From the human T2T-CHM13v2.0 reference genome, Homo sapiens, in the NCBI RefSeq assembly GCF_009914755.1, contig NC_060928.1: DNA of 64,000 nucleotides, one strand, 5' to 3'. Within the stretch, counting starts at the first letter, position 1. Each line of letters begins with the position of its first letter. Made by a program: the position numbers and the translations under genes. The notes under the pieces are model-generated. The model did no database searches. It was not told where the DNA came from and worked only from the letters and a program-made list of their open reading frames with translations. Shown here one piece after another: positions 15,898 to 31,104 of the stretch.

Positions 15898-17437
15898 TGA
15901 GAGGTGACAGCGTGCTGGCAGCCCTCGCAGCCCTCGCTCACTCTCGGCACCTCCTCAGTCTTGGCACCCACTCTGGCCACACTTGAGGAGCCCTTCAGCC
16001 CACCGCTACACTGTGGGAGCCCCTTTCTGGGCTGGCCAAGACCGGAGCCGCCTCCCTCAGCTTGCGGGGAGGTGTGGAGGGAGAGGCATGGGTGGGAACC
16101 GGGGCTGTGTGCGGCGCTTGTGGGCCAGCATGAGTTCTGGGTGGGCATGGGCTCGGCAGGCCCCACAATTCGGAGCGGCCGGCCAGCCCCGCCGGCCCCG
16201 AGCAGTGAGGGGCTTAGCACCTGGGCCAGCAGCTGCTGTGCTAGACTTCTCACCAGGCCTTAGGTGCCTCCCTGCGGGGCAGCACTCGGGACCTGCAACC
16301 TGCCATGCCTGAGCCTCCCCCACCTGCCATGGGCTCATGCGCAGACTGAGCCTCCCTGACGAGTGCCGCCCCCTGCTCCATGGCCCCCAGTCCCATTGAC
16401 CACCCAAGGGTTGAGGAGTGAGGGCGCACAGCGTGGGACTGGCAGCCAGTTCCACCTGCGGCCCTGGTGAGGGATCCACTGGGTGAAGCCAGCTGGGCCC
16501 CTGAGTCTGGTGGGGACTTGGAGAATCTTTATGTCTAGTTAAGGGATTGTAAATACACCAATCAGCACTCTGTATCTAGCTCAAGGTTTGTAAACACACC
16601 AATCAGCACCCTGTGTCTAGCTCAGGGTTTGTGAATGCACCAATCGGCACTCTGTATCTAGTTAATCTGGTGGGGACTTGGAGAACCTTTGTGTCTAGCT
16701 AAGGGATTGTGAATGCACCAACCGGCACTCTGTATCTAGCTCAAGGTTTGTAAATGCACCAATCAGCACTCTGTGTCTAGCTCAGGGTTTGTAAATACAC
16801 CAACTGACACTCTGTATCTAGCTAATCTAGTGGGGATGTGGAGAACTTTTGTGTCTAGCTCATGGATTGTAAATGCACCAATCAATCAGCACCCTGTCAA
16901 AACGGACCAATCAGCTCTCTGTAAAACAGACCAATCGGCTCTCTGTAAAATGGGCCAATCAGCAGGATGTGGGTGGGGCCAGATAAGAGAATAAAAGCAG
17001 GCTGCCTGAGCCAGCAGTGGCAACCCACTTGGATCCCCTTCCACACTGCGGAAGCTTTGTTCTTTCACTCTTTGCAATAAATCTTGCTGCTACCCAATCT
17101 TTGGGTCCACACTGCCTTTATGAGATGTAACACTCACCGCGAAGGTCTGCAGCTTCCCTGCTGAAGCCAGTGAGACCACGAACCCACTGGGAGGAATGAA
17201 CAACTCCAGACACGCCGCCTTAAGAGCTGTAACACTCATCGAGAAGGTCTGCAGCTTCACTCCTGGGCCAGTGAGACCACGAACCCACCAGAAGGAAGAA
17301 ACTCCGAACACATCCGAACATCAGAAGGAACAAACTCTTTGGACACGCCACCTTTAAGAACTGTAACACTCACCGCGAGGGTCCATGGCTTCATTCTTGA
17401 AGTCAGTGAGACCAAGAACCCACCAATTCTGGACACA
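15898..17437 (+). mobile_element. LTR12C (ERV9) solo LTR
   Basis: TGAGAGGTGACAGCGTGCTG...GGACACA termini, 4-bp TSD ccat, GC-rich U3, tandem CCAAT repeats, U5 repeats. Confidence 0.95.
16540..17020 (+). promoter_or_regulatory. LTR12C U3 enhancer/promoter (tandem CCAAT/NF-Y repeats, AATAAA TATA-like box near 16990)
   Basis: ~40-bp repeats containing CACCAATCAGCAC; known ERV9 LTR architecture. Confidence 0.8.
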
Positions 17438-18190
17438 CCATTACTAGGTATATACCCAAAGGAAAATAAATCATTATCGAAAAAAGACACATGAACTTGT
17501 ATGTTTATCACCATGAAATTTACAATAGAGAAGACGTGGAATTAACCTAGGTGCCCTATCAATGGTATATTGGATTGAAAAATGTGGTACATATATACCA
17601 TGGAATACTATGCTGCTGTAAAAAAGAATAAAATCGTATCCTTTGCAGAAAAATGGATAGAGCTTGAGACTGTAGCCCTAAGAGAGCTAATGCAGGCACA
17701 GAAAACCAAATACTGCATGTTCTAATTTTTAAATGGGAGCTAAACATGGAGCATACATTGACATTAACATGGGAACAACAGACACTGTGGACTACTAAAG
17801 TGGGGAGAAAGGGAGAAGGGTGTTGATTGAAAAACTATTTTTCAGGTACTATACTCCCTATCTGGGTGCAATATACCCATGCAGTGAACCTAAACATATA
17901 CCCCCTATATCTAAAATAAAAGTTTAAATTAAGAAAAGAGTTTTCTGTCATGACACAATGTTAAATGTGACAAATAAGTGATACATACAGGCCTTAAATA
18001 AAATCACTATTAAAGTACCCTGCAAAAGTTGTGCAGAGCAACACCCCCACCCCAAGAGATTTGAGATATTCAGGAATTTAAAAGGATCCTTACCTAGAAT
18101 TTTACCAGAACGTATATACAACAAAGACTGGGATCATTTTAAAAACTGGCTACTTGGGGATGTGGGAAAAGATTCAATGTGCATTTTTTG

Positions 18191-18321
18191 TAGAGTGACT
18201 ACATATTCTGATTTGCCTGGGATGGTCTACATTCACACCAGCTGTCCCACCATCACATCTGGTTTCTCCTTTCCCTCTGAAAAGTATCCCAGCTTAGATG
18301 ATAAATTACATGCTCAACCTA
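18191..18321 (-). mobile_element. MER94-like hAT-Blackjack MITE
   Basis: TAGAGTGAC...CTCAACCTA degenerate TIRs, GATGATAAATTACATG. Confidence 0.6.
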
Positions 18322-18491
18322 TAATTCTATAGGTTATTCATTTTGGAAGGATTTTTAAGGGGTATGAAGTGAATTCTCTTGCTACATATTAATAAACAAT
18401 TAAATGTCTGCAAGGCAGGCAGAGTTACGCAGTCTATTTATATCAGGTTAAATGCCTCAATTCATTCTCTTAAAATATTCAAATATGTAAT

Positions 18492-18821
18492 TGATAGAGT
18501 TTGGCTGTGTCCCAAAGAAAATTTCAACTGAATTGTATCTCCAAGAAGTCCCACAAGTTGTGGGAGGGACCCTGGGAGGCCCTTCTCCTACTGTTTGCAT
18601 GATAATGAAAAAGTCTTATGAGATCTGACGGGTTTATCAAGGATTTCTGCTTTTGCTTCTTTGTCATTTTCTCTTGCCGCTGCCATGTAAAAAGAGCCTT
18701 TCGCCTCCCACCATGATTCTGAGGCTTCCCCAGCCATGTGGAACTATAAGTCCAGTTAAACCTTTTTTTGTTCCCAGTTTCGAGTATGTCTTTATCAGTA
18801 GCATGAAAACAAACTAATATA
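18492..18821 (+). mobile_element. THE1A-like MaLR solo LTR
   Basis: TGATAGAGTTTGGCTGTGTCCC...ACTAATATA with 5-bp TSD gtaat. Confidence 0.88.
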
Positions 18822-19471
18822 GTAATATAAAAATCTGTTTGACCTTTTTCAAATGTAAAAACTAGTAAGCAAGCAGCATTTTATCTCCTTTTCAAAGTAA
18901 AACATGTTTGTTCAATTGTATATGGTAATTTTCGTTTACAAAAACCATGACAGTATTCTTGAAAGTGTTGGCATTATTTCTCAAACCTAAAAGAAACAGA
19001 AAACAAAAGAAAGTATAATTTTTCACTAGCAGTTGAGTTTTTTGCATGGATTATAATAGATTTCACCAAAATTAAGTGGAAATTTATATTTTATTTATAA
19101 TTCATTTTGAAATAAAAATTAATAGTGATTAAAATATGATACTTTTAAATATTAAGAAAATGTTACAAACTAGTGATATCCTTAAGAAATACAGCTATAT
19201 TAATCTTGCATTTAATCAAAATATGTATTCATTTTATATAATACATATTTTTAAGTTAATAGTCATAAAGAAAACATAATGACAGTTCCCCAATTAATTC
19301 AACTTGTCATAAGGAATACTTAAAATTTTGTTCTGTTCCTTTGAGATGTTTTGCTGGTCTTACTTCTTTTTATAAGATCTATCTTTAGGTTGTTACTCAC
19401 AACCCATAGCTTCCTAGTGGTAAACTTTGCTTTTAAAATTTCTCACCCTGCTTTGTGTTTCTGGCTCCTCC

Positions 19472-19538
19472 TGTAAGTATACACTTACCACACGGCACAT
19501 ATATGTAAGTATACACTTACCACCATGGCACATATATG
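19472..19538. repeat. Tandem duplication of a 32/33-bp unit
   Basis: tgtaagtatacacttaccac(c)a(c/t)ggcacatata twice. Confidence 0.9.
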
Positions 19539-19987
19539 AAATAACAATTTACACCTTTTTCTTTCAAAATTCTGCACTCTGGTCCAAAAGAGAAGTGTTT
19601 CATTGTATTTTTTAATGAATTTTTTAGTGCAGCAAAAAAGTAGAATTCATATCAAGTAGATAAATAGAATGCCAATAATATGACTATGCATCTGCAGATA
19701 TTTTTTAACATAGAAACCAAAAAAAAAAAGAAGTAATAAAAGCACTTGTGCTCAGCACTTTTAGCTAGTCAAAATGACAATGAGTCATTTCTGACAGGCA
19801 AAAGTCATGGCTCCTTCGCCATTTGATATATCAAAGGATATACGCAGTGAGAGTAACACAGAAACTGCCGATATTACGTCGTAATTTGTTTCCTTATAAC
19901 AAATATAAAAAACATTATAATTTCCCGTCATTTATTCATGTTTTCTCATCAGTGTTGTTTAGTACATAATGTCTTCTCTAGAAACAA

Positions 19988-20272
19988 GACTAGGTGCGAT
20001 GGCTCATGCCTGTAATGCTAGTACTTATGGAGGCAGAGGTAGGTTCGAGACCAGCTTCAGCAACATGGTGAAACTGTCTCTACAAAGTATAAAAATTAAC
20101 TGGGTGTGGTGGTGTGTGTCTGCGGTCCCAGCTACTCAGGAGGCTGAGGCGGGAGGATCACCTGAGCTCAGGAGTTTAAGGCTGCAGTGAGCCAGGATTA
20201 TGCCACCACACGCCAGCCTAGGCGACAGAGTGAGACTCTGTCTTGAAGAAGAAAATAAAATAAAATAAAAAT
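19988..20272 (+). mobile_element. Alu (AluJ-like, small left-arm deletion)
   Basis: Alu dimer, (AAAAT)n tail, TSD tagaaaca. Confidence 0.9.
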
Positions 20273-20879
20273 AGAAACAGATAAACTTTAAATGTTCTCA
20301 TTATTTTCCTCTCCCTAAAAGAAAATTTAAAACATTATCCCCTTTTCAAAAATGAGAGCACTAAAACCCTTAAGAAATTTTCTCTAGTAAAAAAAAAAAA
20401 AAAAAAAAACTTCATTAGTGTTCTATATTCTAGATTTCATAGGAAAACACTGATGGATGAAGACATGTGTATTGAGTACCTATTAATAAAGGTTATTAGG
20501 TTATATTAGGCAATGGAGAAGATATAAAAATGTGTGAGAAATGTTTGCACCTGCCTGTAATTGAACTGGTCATATAAGACAACAGGAACAATTAGCATCT
20601 CATGTCAAATTAGTAGTAGTGATATCAAGCGCAATACAATTTCAGAGGAGAGAGCCTCACGGCAACTGTTTTTAACATAGAGGATGAAAATGAGTGAGTT
20701 TTAAAAAATGGTAGAATTCGCATAGTCAGAAGGAGAGAAGAAATTCCAGAAGAGGGGAAAAATAATGTAAACAAAGTCAGGAACAAGGTTTTCTTGAAGT
20801 ACAGTGACTTGTACAGACATTATAAGTAAGCTGTAATTTATGAGCTGAGTTGATGAACAGGCAGATGAGTATTGGAAGT

Positions 20880-21345
20880 GTGTGTTCATTGTGGCACTGT
20901 TCGCAATAGCAAAGACTTAGAACCAACCCAAAATCCCCATCAGTGATAGACTGGGTAAAGAAAATGTGGCACATATACACCATGGAATACTATGCAGCCA
21001 TAAAAAAGAATGATTTCATGTCCTTTGCAGGGATATGGATGAAGCTGGAAAGCTTCATTCTCAGCAAACTAACACAAGAAGAGAAAACCAAACACTGCAT
21101 GTTCTCACTCATAAGTGAGAGGTGAACAAAGAGAACATATGGACACACGGAGGGGAACATCACACAGTGGGGCCTGTCAGGGAGTGGGGGGCAGGGGGAG
21201 GGATAGCATTAAGAGAAATACCTCATGTAGATGACAGGTTGCTAGGTGCAGCAAACCACCATGGCACATGCATACCTATATAACAAACCTGCACATGTAC
21301 CCCAGAACTTAAAGTTTAATAAAAATAAATAAATAAATAAATAAA
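20880..21345 (+). mobile_element. L1 3' fragment (L1PA7/8-like)
   Basis: ORF2 C-terminus, 3'UTR and (TAAA)n tail. Confidence 0.9.
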
Positions 21346-21464
21346 CAAACAGAATATAAAGGCCTCTGAATACCAGCTAAAGGTTTTCACATCATCCTAT
21401 AGGAAATTAACCACCACTAAATTTTGATAAACGGTAATATGATGAATACCCTATTTTAGAAAGT

Positions 21465-21718
21465 TTTTTTTTTGTTGCTGTTATTTTGTTGGGTTTTGTT
21501 TTGTTTTTGAGACAGTCTCGCTCTGTCGCCAGGCTGGAGTGCAGTGGCGCAATTTCGGCTCACCGCAAACTCTGACTCCCTGGTTCAAGAGATTCTCCTG
21601 CCTCAGCCTCCCAAGTAGCTGGGATTTACAGGCACGCACCACCACACCCAGCTAATTTTCGTTATTTTTAGTAGAGATGGAGTTTCACCATGTTTGCCAG
21701 GATGGTGTCAATCTCTTG
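21465..21718 (-). mobile_element. Alu (AluSc-like), 5' part missing
   Basis: Reverse Alu right arm and part of left arm. Confidence 0.88.
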
Positions 21719-21809
21719 CCCTAACAATAAGCAGTATATTCCCTGAGATCTTGCTATATATCAATTGTTTTGCTAGGAACTTTCCATAAGTATTTCATTT
21801 TGAAAGTAA

Positions 21810-22065
21810 TTTTTGAAATAAATAACCACAATGCAAATTAATTAGCCTGCCTCCAACCTTCCCATGCCAATAACCTGTAATCAGGGGATACCTGAAGCCT
21901 TCCCTTTCCTTCACTACAAAGCTTTACCACCACCTTTAAGAGTCTGACTGTCTTTGAGTCTCTGCAAAAAGCAAGTGATGGTGATTATTCTCTTGCTACA
22001 ACAAGTTCCGAGTAAGTATCCTCTGTTTGCTCTCATTCAAGTGGTTGGTTGTCCATTTCCAGAGT
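21810..22065 (+). mobile_element. LTR 3' fragment (MER-type ERV1, family uncertain)
   Basis: GAGTCTCTGCAAAAAGCAAGTGATGGTG...TTGCTACAACAAG resembles LTR U5 sequence. Confidence 0.4.
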
Positions 22066-22919
22066 ATGTAACAGGTACACGATTTTAGAGTAAAAAATAA
22101 AATGTATCATATCCTTGAGAATGGGAATAAATGTTCATTGATTCACTCTAAGTCGGGAAATTTATCCTCAGGAAATTAATATAAATAGCATAAAAATTCA
22201 TCTAAATACTTTTTGCTTCATTATTTAAAATATTGAAAAATTAAAGCCAACAAGTCTAAAAATAGGTATTTGTTTAAACAAATTGTGGTAATAAAGAAAA
22301 TGAAATACCATGTAGTCATTTTAAAAGTATGCAGTAAAGGAGTATTTATAGACATGGAAAAATTTCTCTGTTATGTTTTGAAAAGAAATGAAAACAGGTT
22401 ATGTATAGTACAAATGGGACCATTATTAGTTTTAAATCGATCTTTAGTGGTTTCTCCTAACTGGCTTTGGTTAGGTAAAATTGAGGTTTTCTTCATTTTG
22501 TAAATATACATACTATATGTAAATTCATAAAAAATTTTATCTGAATAAATTTCTTCTAAAATATAAGAAATATAAAATATATTTCTTATAAAATAATTTC
22601 TTATAAAATATAATTTCTTATAAAAATGCCACCCTGGACTGTATTTATGTTTGGTCCAACCAATTTCCCTGTTTGTAATGCTGACACTATGTGCACATTA
22701 TATTTGATGACATCTGCCTTAAATGATAAAATAGATCAGTAATTATATAACTTTCTTTAAAACATGAAATCAAGAAAAGCAGCCTCTGTTATCTCAGGCT
22801 TTTCTATTTGAATCATCTATACTAAAGAAAACAGCAAAAGTGTCAAGAAACTATAAACAATAAATTTAATAGCATCACAGAACTGACAAGATAGTAAGAA
22901 ATTATTGAGCTTCATTTAA

Positions 22920-23321
22920 TTGGAAAAATACTTCCATTCTTCAACCCAAACTGTATCCACACCCTTTTGTCATGTAGTGACCTCCGGCTCTAGTTCTGGT
23001 TTCACTACGCAGCTTGCTTCAGGCCAATGGGATATTAGCAAACATGTTGTAAACAATATCTTGAAGGGTACTTGAATGATTGGCTTTGCTCACTCATGTC
23101 CTCAATAATCACCAAGAGAGGGATTCATCCAGGCTAGTCCTATGCAGCCCCAGGGTGTGGATGACAGCCATAAGGAGCAGAGCCAGATCAGCATCATGTC
23201 AGCTGAGGCCATCCTCACCTGACATCAGACACATGTGCAATATATGCTTAATGTTGTACGTCATTAAAGTACTGTGGTCGTTTGTTACATGGCATTGTTG
23301 TGGTAACAGATAACTGATACG
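22920..23321 (+). mobile_element. MLT1-type MaLR LTR
   Basis: GGCCAATGGGATATTAGCA core; ends AGATAACTGATAC. Confidence 0.7.
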
Positions 23322-23820
23322 TAGGTCAAAGTCTAAGTGATAGTTGAAACTGTGATGTTAATTGAATCTCTGAGCTCTATTTGGTCTTTAGGACATTTCC
23401 CAAATTGATTTAACACATGCTTTTGTTTTAGTATGCCCAAGGTAGGGTTGCAGTCTAAGATGCCATCTCCCCTTAGACCTAAAGCCCCAAAAGTTATGCA
23501 CTGAGGCTGATATGAACTCATGGCATGAACTGAACCTATCTCCCTCTAGACACATATGCATATAGGAGCCTATAAGAAAAAGTTACTTAAGTGATAAGCA
23601 GCACAGATACAGCCACTGACTGTCTATCATATAGATTTGTACCCAAATTCATGTCAACAGGATGACTGAACTTGTAGCCATGAATGCAGTTAAAAATGTT
23701 TCCTGTAACTAGTGATACAGGTGCTTGGTAGGTGCTTAAAAGAAGTGCTTGGTCAAATTTCTGTTTGAAAAAAGATAACTTTCATTCTAGGACCCAAAGA
23801 ATTCAAACAAATAATTTTCT

Positions 23821-23863
<43 letters not shown>
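23821..23863. repeat. (CAA)n microsatellite
   Basis: Direct. Confidence 0.95.
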
Positions 23864-23864
<1 letters not shown>

Positions 23865-24000
23865 GTAGCCCATAAGAGAAAACAAACAAATTGGAATCAA
23901 GTACATTAGAAAATAAGGAACAATGAACAAAAAATAAAAAATTAAAGTGCATAAGAAGACTTTGAAATACACAAAATATTAGAGCTCAAAGAATCAGATT

Positions 24001-26240
<2,240 letters not shown>

Positions 26241-26495
26241 AAGAACAACTATGTTTGTTGTGTTCAACAAAGTAAAAGATTTAAAATGTTATCAGTTAGC
26301 AGGAAACTATAAGAAATAACATAACAGTTTGAAAAAGAACTACATAGAACTTCTAGAAATACTAGAACTGAAGTTAAAATTTCAAGAACTGGCCTAACAG
26401 CAAATTAGACATGACTATTTTATCTTGTTTATTAAGAGATGTGTTTGATATATTTCCGAGCATAAAAACCTGTATTGGTTTTTAGAAATCACAAC

Positions 26496-26618
26496 TATAC
26501 CTAATGTTAAATGAAGAGTTAATGGGTGCAGCACACCAACATGGCACATGTATACATATGTAACAAACCTGCACGTTGTGCACATGTACCCTAAAACTTA
26601 AAGTATAATAAAAAAAAA
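26496..26618 (+). mobile_element. Very short L1PA 3' end
   Basis: 3'UTR end, poly(A), TSD agaaatcacaa(c/t)tata. Confidence 0.9.
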
Positions 26619-27600
26619 AGAAATCACAATTATAATCCCACCAACAATACATGAGCCTGCTCTCTCAAAACTCTTAACAATCACGGATGGTAAAGGGAAT
26701 CTCATTATTACTTTACTTTGCATTTTCTTATTTTTATGAAGGTTCAGCATCTTTTTCTCCATTTATGGCCTTTTGCACTTCTTCCCCTGTATATTGCTTA
26801 TTCATATTTTTTCCTCTGTGTTCCTAATGAATTATTACCTACTTCTTATTCCATTGTAAAGTAGATTTTATACTATGGTATTAGCACTGTGTGTTGTTAC
26901 ATATGTTAAATATTTTCTCCTTGTGTATTCTTTGTCAAGAATGGTTATACTATTTCTGGAAGACCAATATTTTAAGAAACACAGGGAAGTAGTCACTGAA
27001 CAAAAATGAAAAAGTTTGTATTTTTAGCCAAACTGAAAAATGGAAATGGAAATCAGATGGTCACAATAAGTAAGTTTCTTTAACAAAAAGTAACAAACAA
27101 TTGGCCAAATCGAGTACTTTTAAAGAAATCCTACTCTTACAATGTTAATAAATATGTGCATTTTCTTTATTATTGTAATGTATTTATCTAGACAACATCT
27201 CTTCTTATTTAATAGAGTTCGTATACAATTGATACCTAAAAAATATACTAGAAAATATGCTTAAGGACTTATATAACTTCTAACTTCTAACTGCTGAATA
27301 GAGTATAGCAGTTGAATGAATAATCTAGTCTAGAAGTTTCCTAGGTATTTATACTCATTCTTAAAATGATTTGTGTAATCCTTTATTTTTGGTCCATTTT
27401 ATCTACTTGTCTATTTCTATTTATCTACTTTTTAGTAGTCATAATTTGACCATTATCAATATACTATGAAATTTCACAACACACATTCTAAAAGACGTAG
27501 TTATTTGCATTTTAAGTAGCATAGTTTTCTGTAATATTAATATTACTAATTTATTACAGAAAGAATGAATAATGTTATGAACAAAATACATTAATATCAG

Positions 27601-28085
27601 TGTGATAGCCTACTACACTGGTAGCTCCCAATAAACCATACCTCACTATTCATGCCCCAGTGTAATCCAATTCCCTTGATTCTGGGCTGTCCTGTGGCTC
27701 ACTTTAATTAATAGAATACAATTAAATTGACAATGTGCCAATTCTACACCTAAGCCTTAAAAAAAACAGGAAGCTTCTGCTTTTGTGCTTACATCAAGTA
27801 AGCGCTCTGGCTATCTGGCTGAAAAGACCATGTGAATAAGTCATATGTAGAACAACAGATCCTGAGATCACATAGAATAGAACAGATTCCCAGCCTTTCA
27901 AGATCTGAGCTGACACTAAGCCTTAGCTAACCTATGAATTGACTACAGTCTTATGGCTGACTGCTGGCGAGACCAGCAGAAGCAGCATCTAAGCCCTGCT
28001 CAAGATGCAAAATAATGAACAAATAAAATAGTTAATTTATTTAAGCCACTAACATTTTGGGGTGTTTAGTTATACATTAATAGAT
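27601..28085 (+). mobile_element. MLT1-type MaLR LTR
   Basis: TGTGATAG start; TTTAAGCCACTAACATTTTGGGGTG near the end. Confidence 0.7.
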
Positions 28086-28338
28086 CTTTATTGTACTTCC
28101 AAATATTCACGTATCCAGTTATGTATCTTTATTATATTTCCATTATTATATAGATGAGGATGGGCAGGTTAGAGGAAAAAAATAGAGCATAGACTTTCAC
28201 TATAAAAAACTCTTCAGTCATAAATTAATATATTCACAGAACCTCTTCCTTCATTATTTTTGGTACACTACAAATTTCTCCTAAAATTTGTTTTTTATTA
28301 TCTTATGTGAATTTCAAAGAAATCTAATAGTATTCTAT

Positions 28339-28375
<37 letters not shown>

Positions 28376-28393
28376 GTGTGTGTATATATATAT
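28339..28393. repeat. (TG)n/(TA)n microsatellite
   Basis: Direct. Confidence 0.95.
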
Positions 28394-28616
28394 CATTGCA
28401 AAAAATTCACTGAAAAGCCAAAAGTAAAAACTATATTTTAAAAATGTAAAAAGCATAAAAGTCCCTAAATCCTCAGATGATTATATATAAAATTCTCAAG
28501 TTACTTTCAGGGGGAAAAATAGAAAAAGTCAATCCAGTTATTCTTGGTAAATTTTGCACATAATGATTTAAGAGGGCTAAACTAGATAAATATCTTGAGA
28601 TTAAGAAATATTATTT

Positions 28617-28944
<328 letters not shown>

Positions 28945-30791
28945 TTAAATTGCCAAATTCAGAAATGTTCATGAGTTCATGATTCAAAATAACACACAAT
29001 ATAATTATGTCAGCAGATCTTGTTCATTGGTTCTATTTCAACTTGCTATGGGAAATAATACTGTTTTAATAAACACTTTTTGGAATAACTTAGCAAAAAG
29101 ACAGATGTTTGTAAAACAATTTTTCTGACAAAGCCCTACATAAAAATAGTACCTATTTCTCTTCCTTGCTCAAAGGTACAAAAGAAGCCCAGTAAAGAAG
29201 AGGACATTCTCCGAAGCCTGGGAACTCCTGGGGAGAGAGGAATCTAAGCCCTATGAGTGCTCCTCTTCCTTCACCTAGCAGCATGACACAGGGCCTTTCC
29301 TGAGTTGTGTGAAAAAAGGAAAAAATGACTTTCATGTAGCTAAGGTCCCTTAACTTGGTTTGGGAATTATGGGGAAAACATGCACATGTGCATGCATATA
29401 CACACACACACACATGCACACACACACACATACACACACAAATACAGAAACCAGATCATTGGTCCTTGTGAGCTCTTGGGAAATTTGTTCACTAGACCTT
29501 TAGCTACTTAAGTGTTTTGCCTTTGGCTTCTCCCTATATGGGCGCACTTTATCCAGGACTCCACTATTCCACATTAGTGCCATTCTACATTAATAGTCAT
29601 CTTGACTAAGAAGACTAATACAGACATAATCTAAGGACACTGTGCTAATAAACTGTCTCACACCATCTGGCTGGCAAACATACATAGGCCTGTTCTGTGC
29701 GTGTAATCCTGTCTACCTTGCCAACTCAGGCAGGCAACTTACTCATGTATTAGTGTTTTCCAAATTGCAAAAACAGCCAGCCCCAGGAGGCTACTTTCCC
29801 CAAAGCCTTCTCCTGCCCATAAATGCAAATACATGTTCACTGTAAATATCAAATTCTCTGAAGAGCACACAGGTTTGTTTTTCTCCAGTGAAGCCTGTCT
29901 TCTTATTTCACCTTTAGTAGTCAACAGTTTCTCTCATTTTAATAAGGCATAAAATTATCTATCAGTGAAGTAAATTGTCCGCAAGAACACTAGGGACAGA
30001 TGCTTCATTTCTTAGTGCCATCAGCTTAGATATATCAATTTACAGGCCCCATTATAACTTTTGCCAAAAAATTTGCATAATAAGAAATGACGCAACAGAT
30101 GAAAGATCTTTACAGTAATTCTTGTCCCCACCTTAGGTCTTCAATATGGCTTTGAGCTAGTTTACAATTTAGAAGATGCCAACTTTACAAGAAATAAAGG
30201 AAAATAAGCAGAGAGATTAAAATTTTCATTTCATTAAAAAGATTCACACATTTTCTAGAAGGCATATATACAAATGTTATCTGTATTTTAACTTAGTACA
30301 TTATTTTGAGGCCTCTCCACAAAAGACATCAAGTAATTGGGCATCATATGTTGTTCAGAGAAATGGCAAAAAAAAGTATGTGCTAAAAACAGACTAATTC
30401 ATAAATTGTGTCTTACTTTCAAACCCACGAAGCAAGCAATGTGATCAGTCCTGAAATTAACCATATTTAGTGCCTTCATCCTAACTTGCAATCCATTTTA
30501 AGCAGAGGAGAAACCAGATTTTAATGAAGCACATCTTCACAAATCACTGCTACAAATCAGCACCAGCCATGTGGAATATTGAAATTTGAATCAACATTAA
30601 AAACTCATGTTTCCATTATTCTTCCCTGGATCTCAAATCTCAAACCCCTTCTCACATGTTGGAATTTTTTTTCTTCTAAATTATTTGTTAAAATCTGTAC
30701 CACCCAATGTTGCTACAAAATAAATATAAATGGTGGTTTAGACAGGGAAGGTCTACCCATGTACCACTCTTCATTTCTTTCCCTTTCTTAG

Positions 30792-31104
30792 AGCACATGG
30801 CATTTTAGCTACATCCTAAGGAAACAAAAGTAGTTGCTAAGGTGATGCCTCTTCTCTGAAAACTGAAAAGGAGCTCAGATGGGTAAGAGGTGAGAAATTT
30901 TTGGCTATGGTCTCTGCGGGGTGGTGAAATAAAGTCAGATGAGGGTGGATATAGACAACATTTAAAAGTTACTGAAAGGTTTTTTTTTCATTTTTTATCT
31001 TTCAATAATCATCTGGCTGTCTCTCAGACCAAGTATCATACAAAATTAAACAAATATATGGATGACTTATCTTGTCACATGTTTTCTAAAGAAGCATTTC
31101 AAAG
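30792..31104 (+). ncRNA. Two candidate exons (30792-30882, 31028-31104) of a possible lncRNA
   Basis: Long polypyrimidine tracts with TAG/CAG acceptors; donors TGG|GTAAGA and AAG|GTGAGT; first exon closed in all frames. Confidence 0.35.

Larger units (their letters stand above)
14720..17932 (+). mobile_element. Older L1 (L1PA15/16-like) with short inverted 5' piece, interrupted by LTR12C
   Basis: ~14720-14828 is endonuclease-region sequence on minus; ORF2 3' part and 3'UTR follow on plus. Confidence 0.8.

Noticed and set aside
16540-16960. Regular ~40-bp repeats resembling a CRISPR array
   Set aside because: These are the standard LTR12C U3 tandem repeats, with no unique spacers, in eukaryotic DNA.
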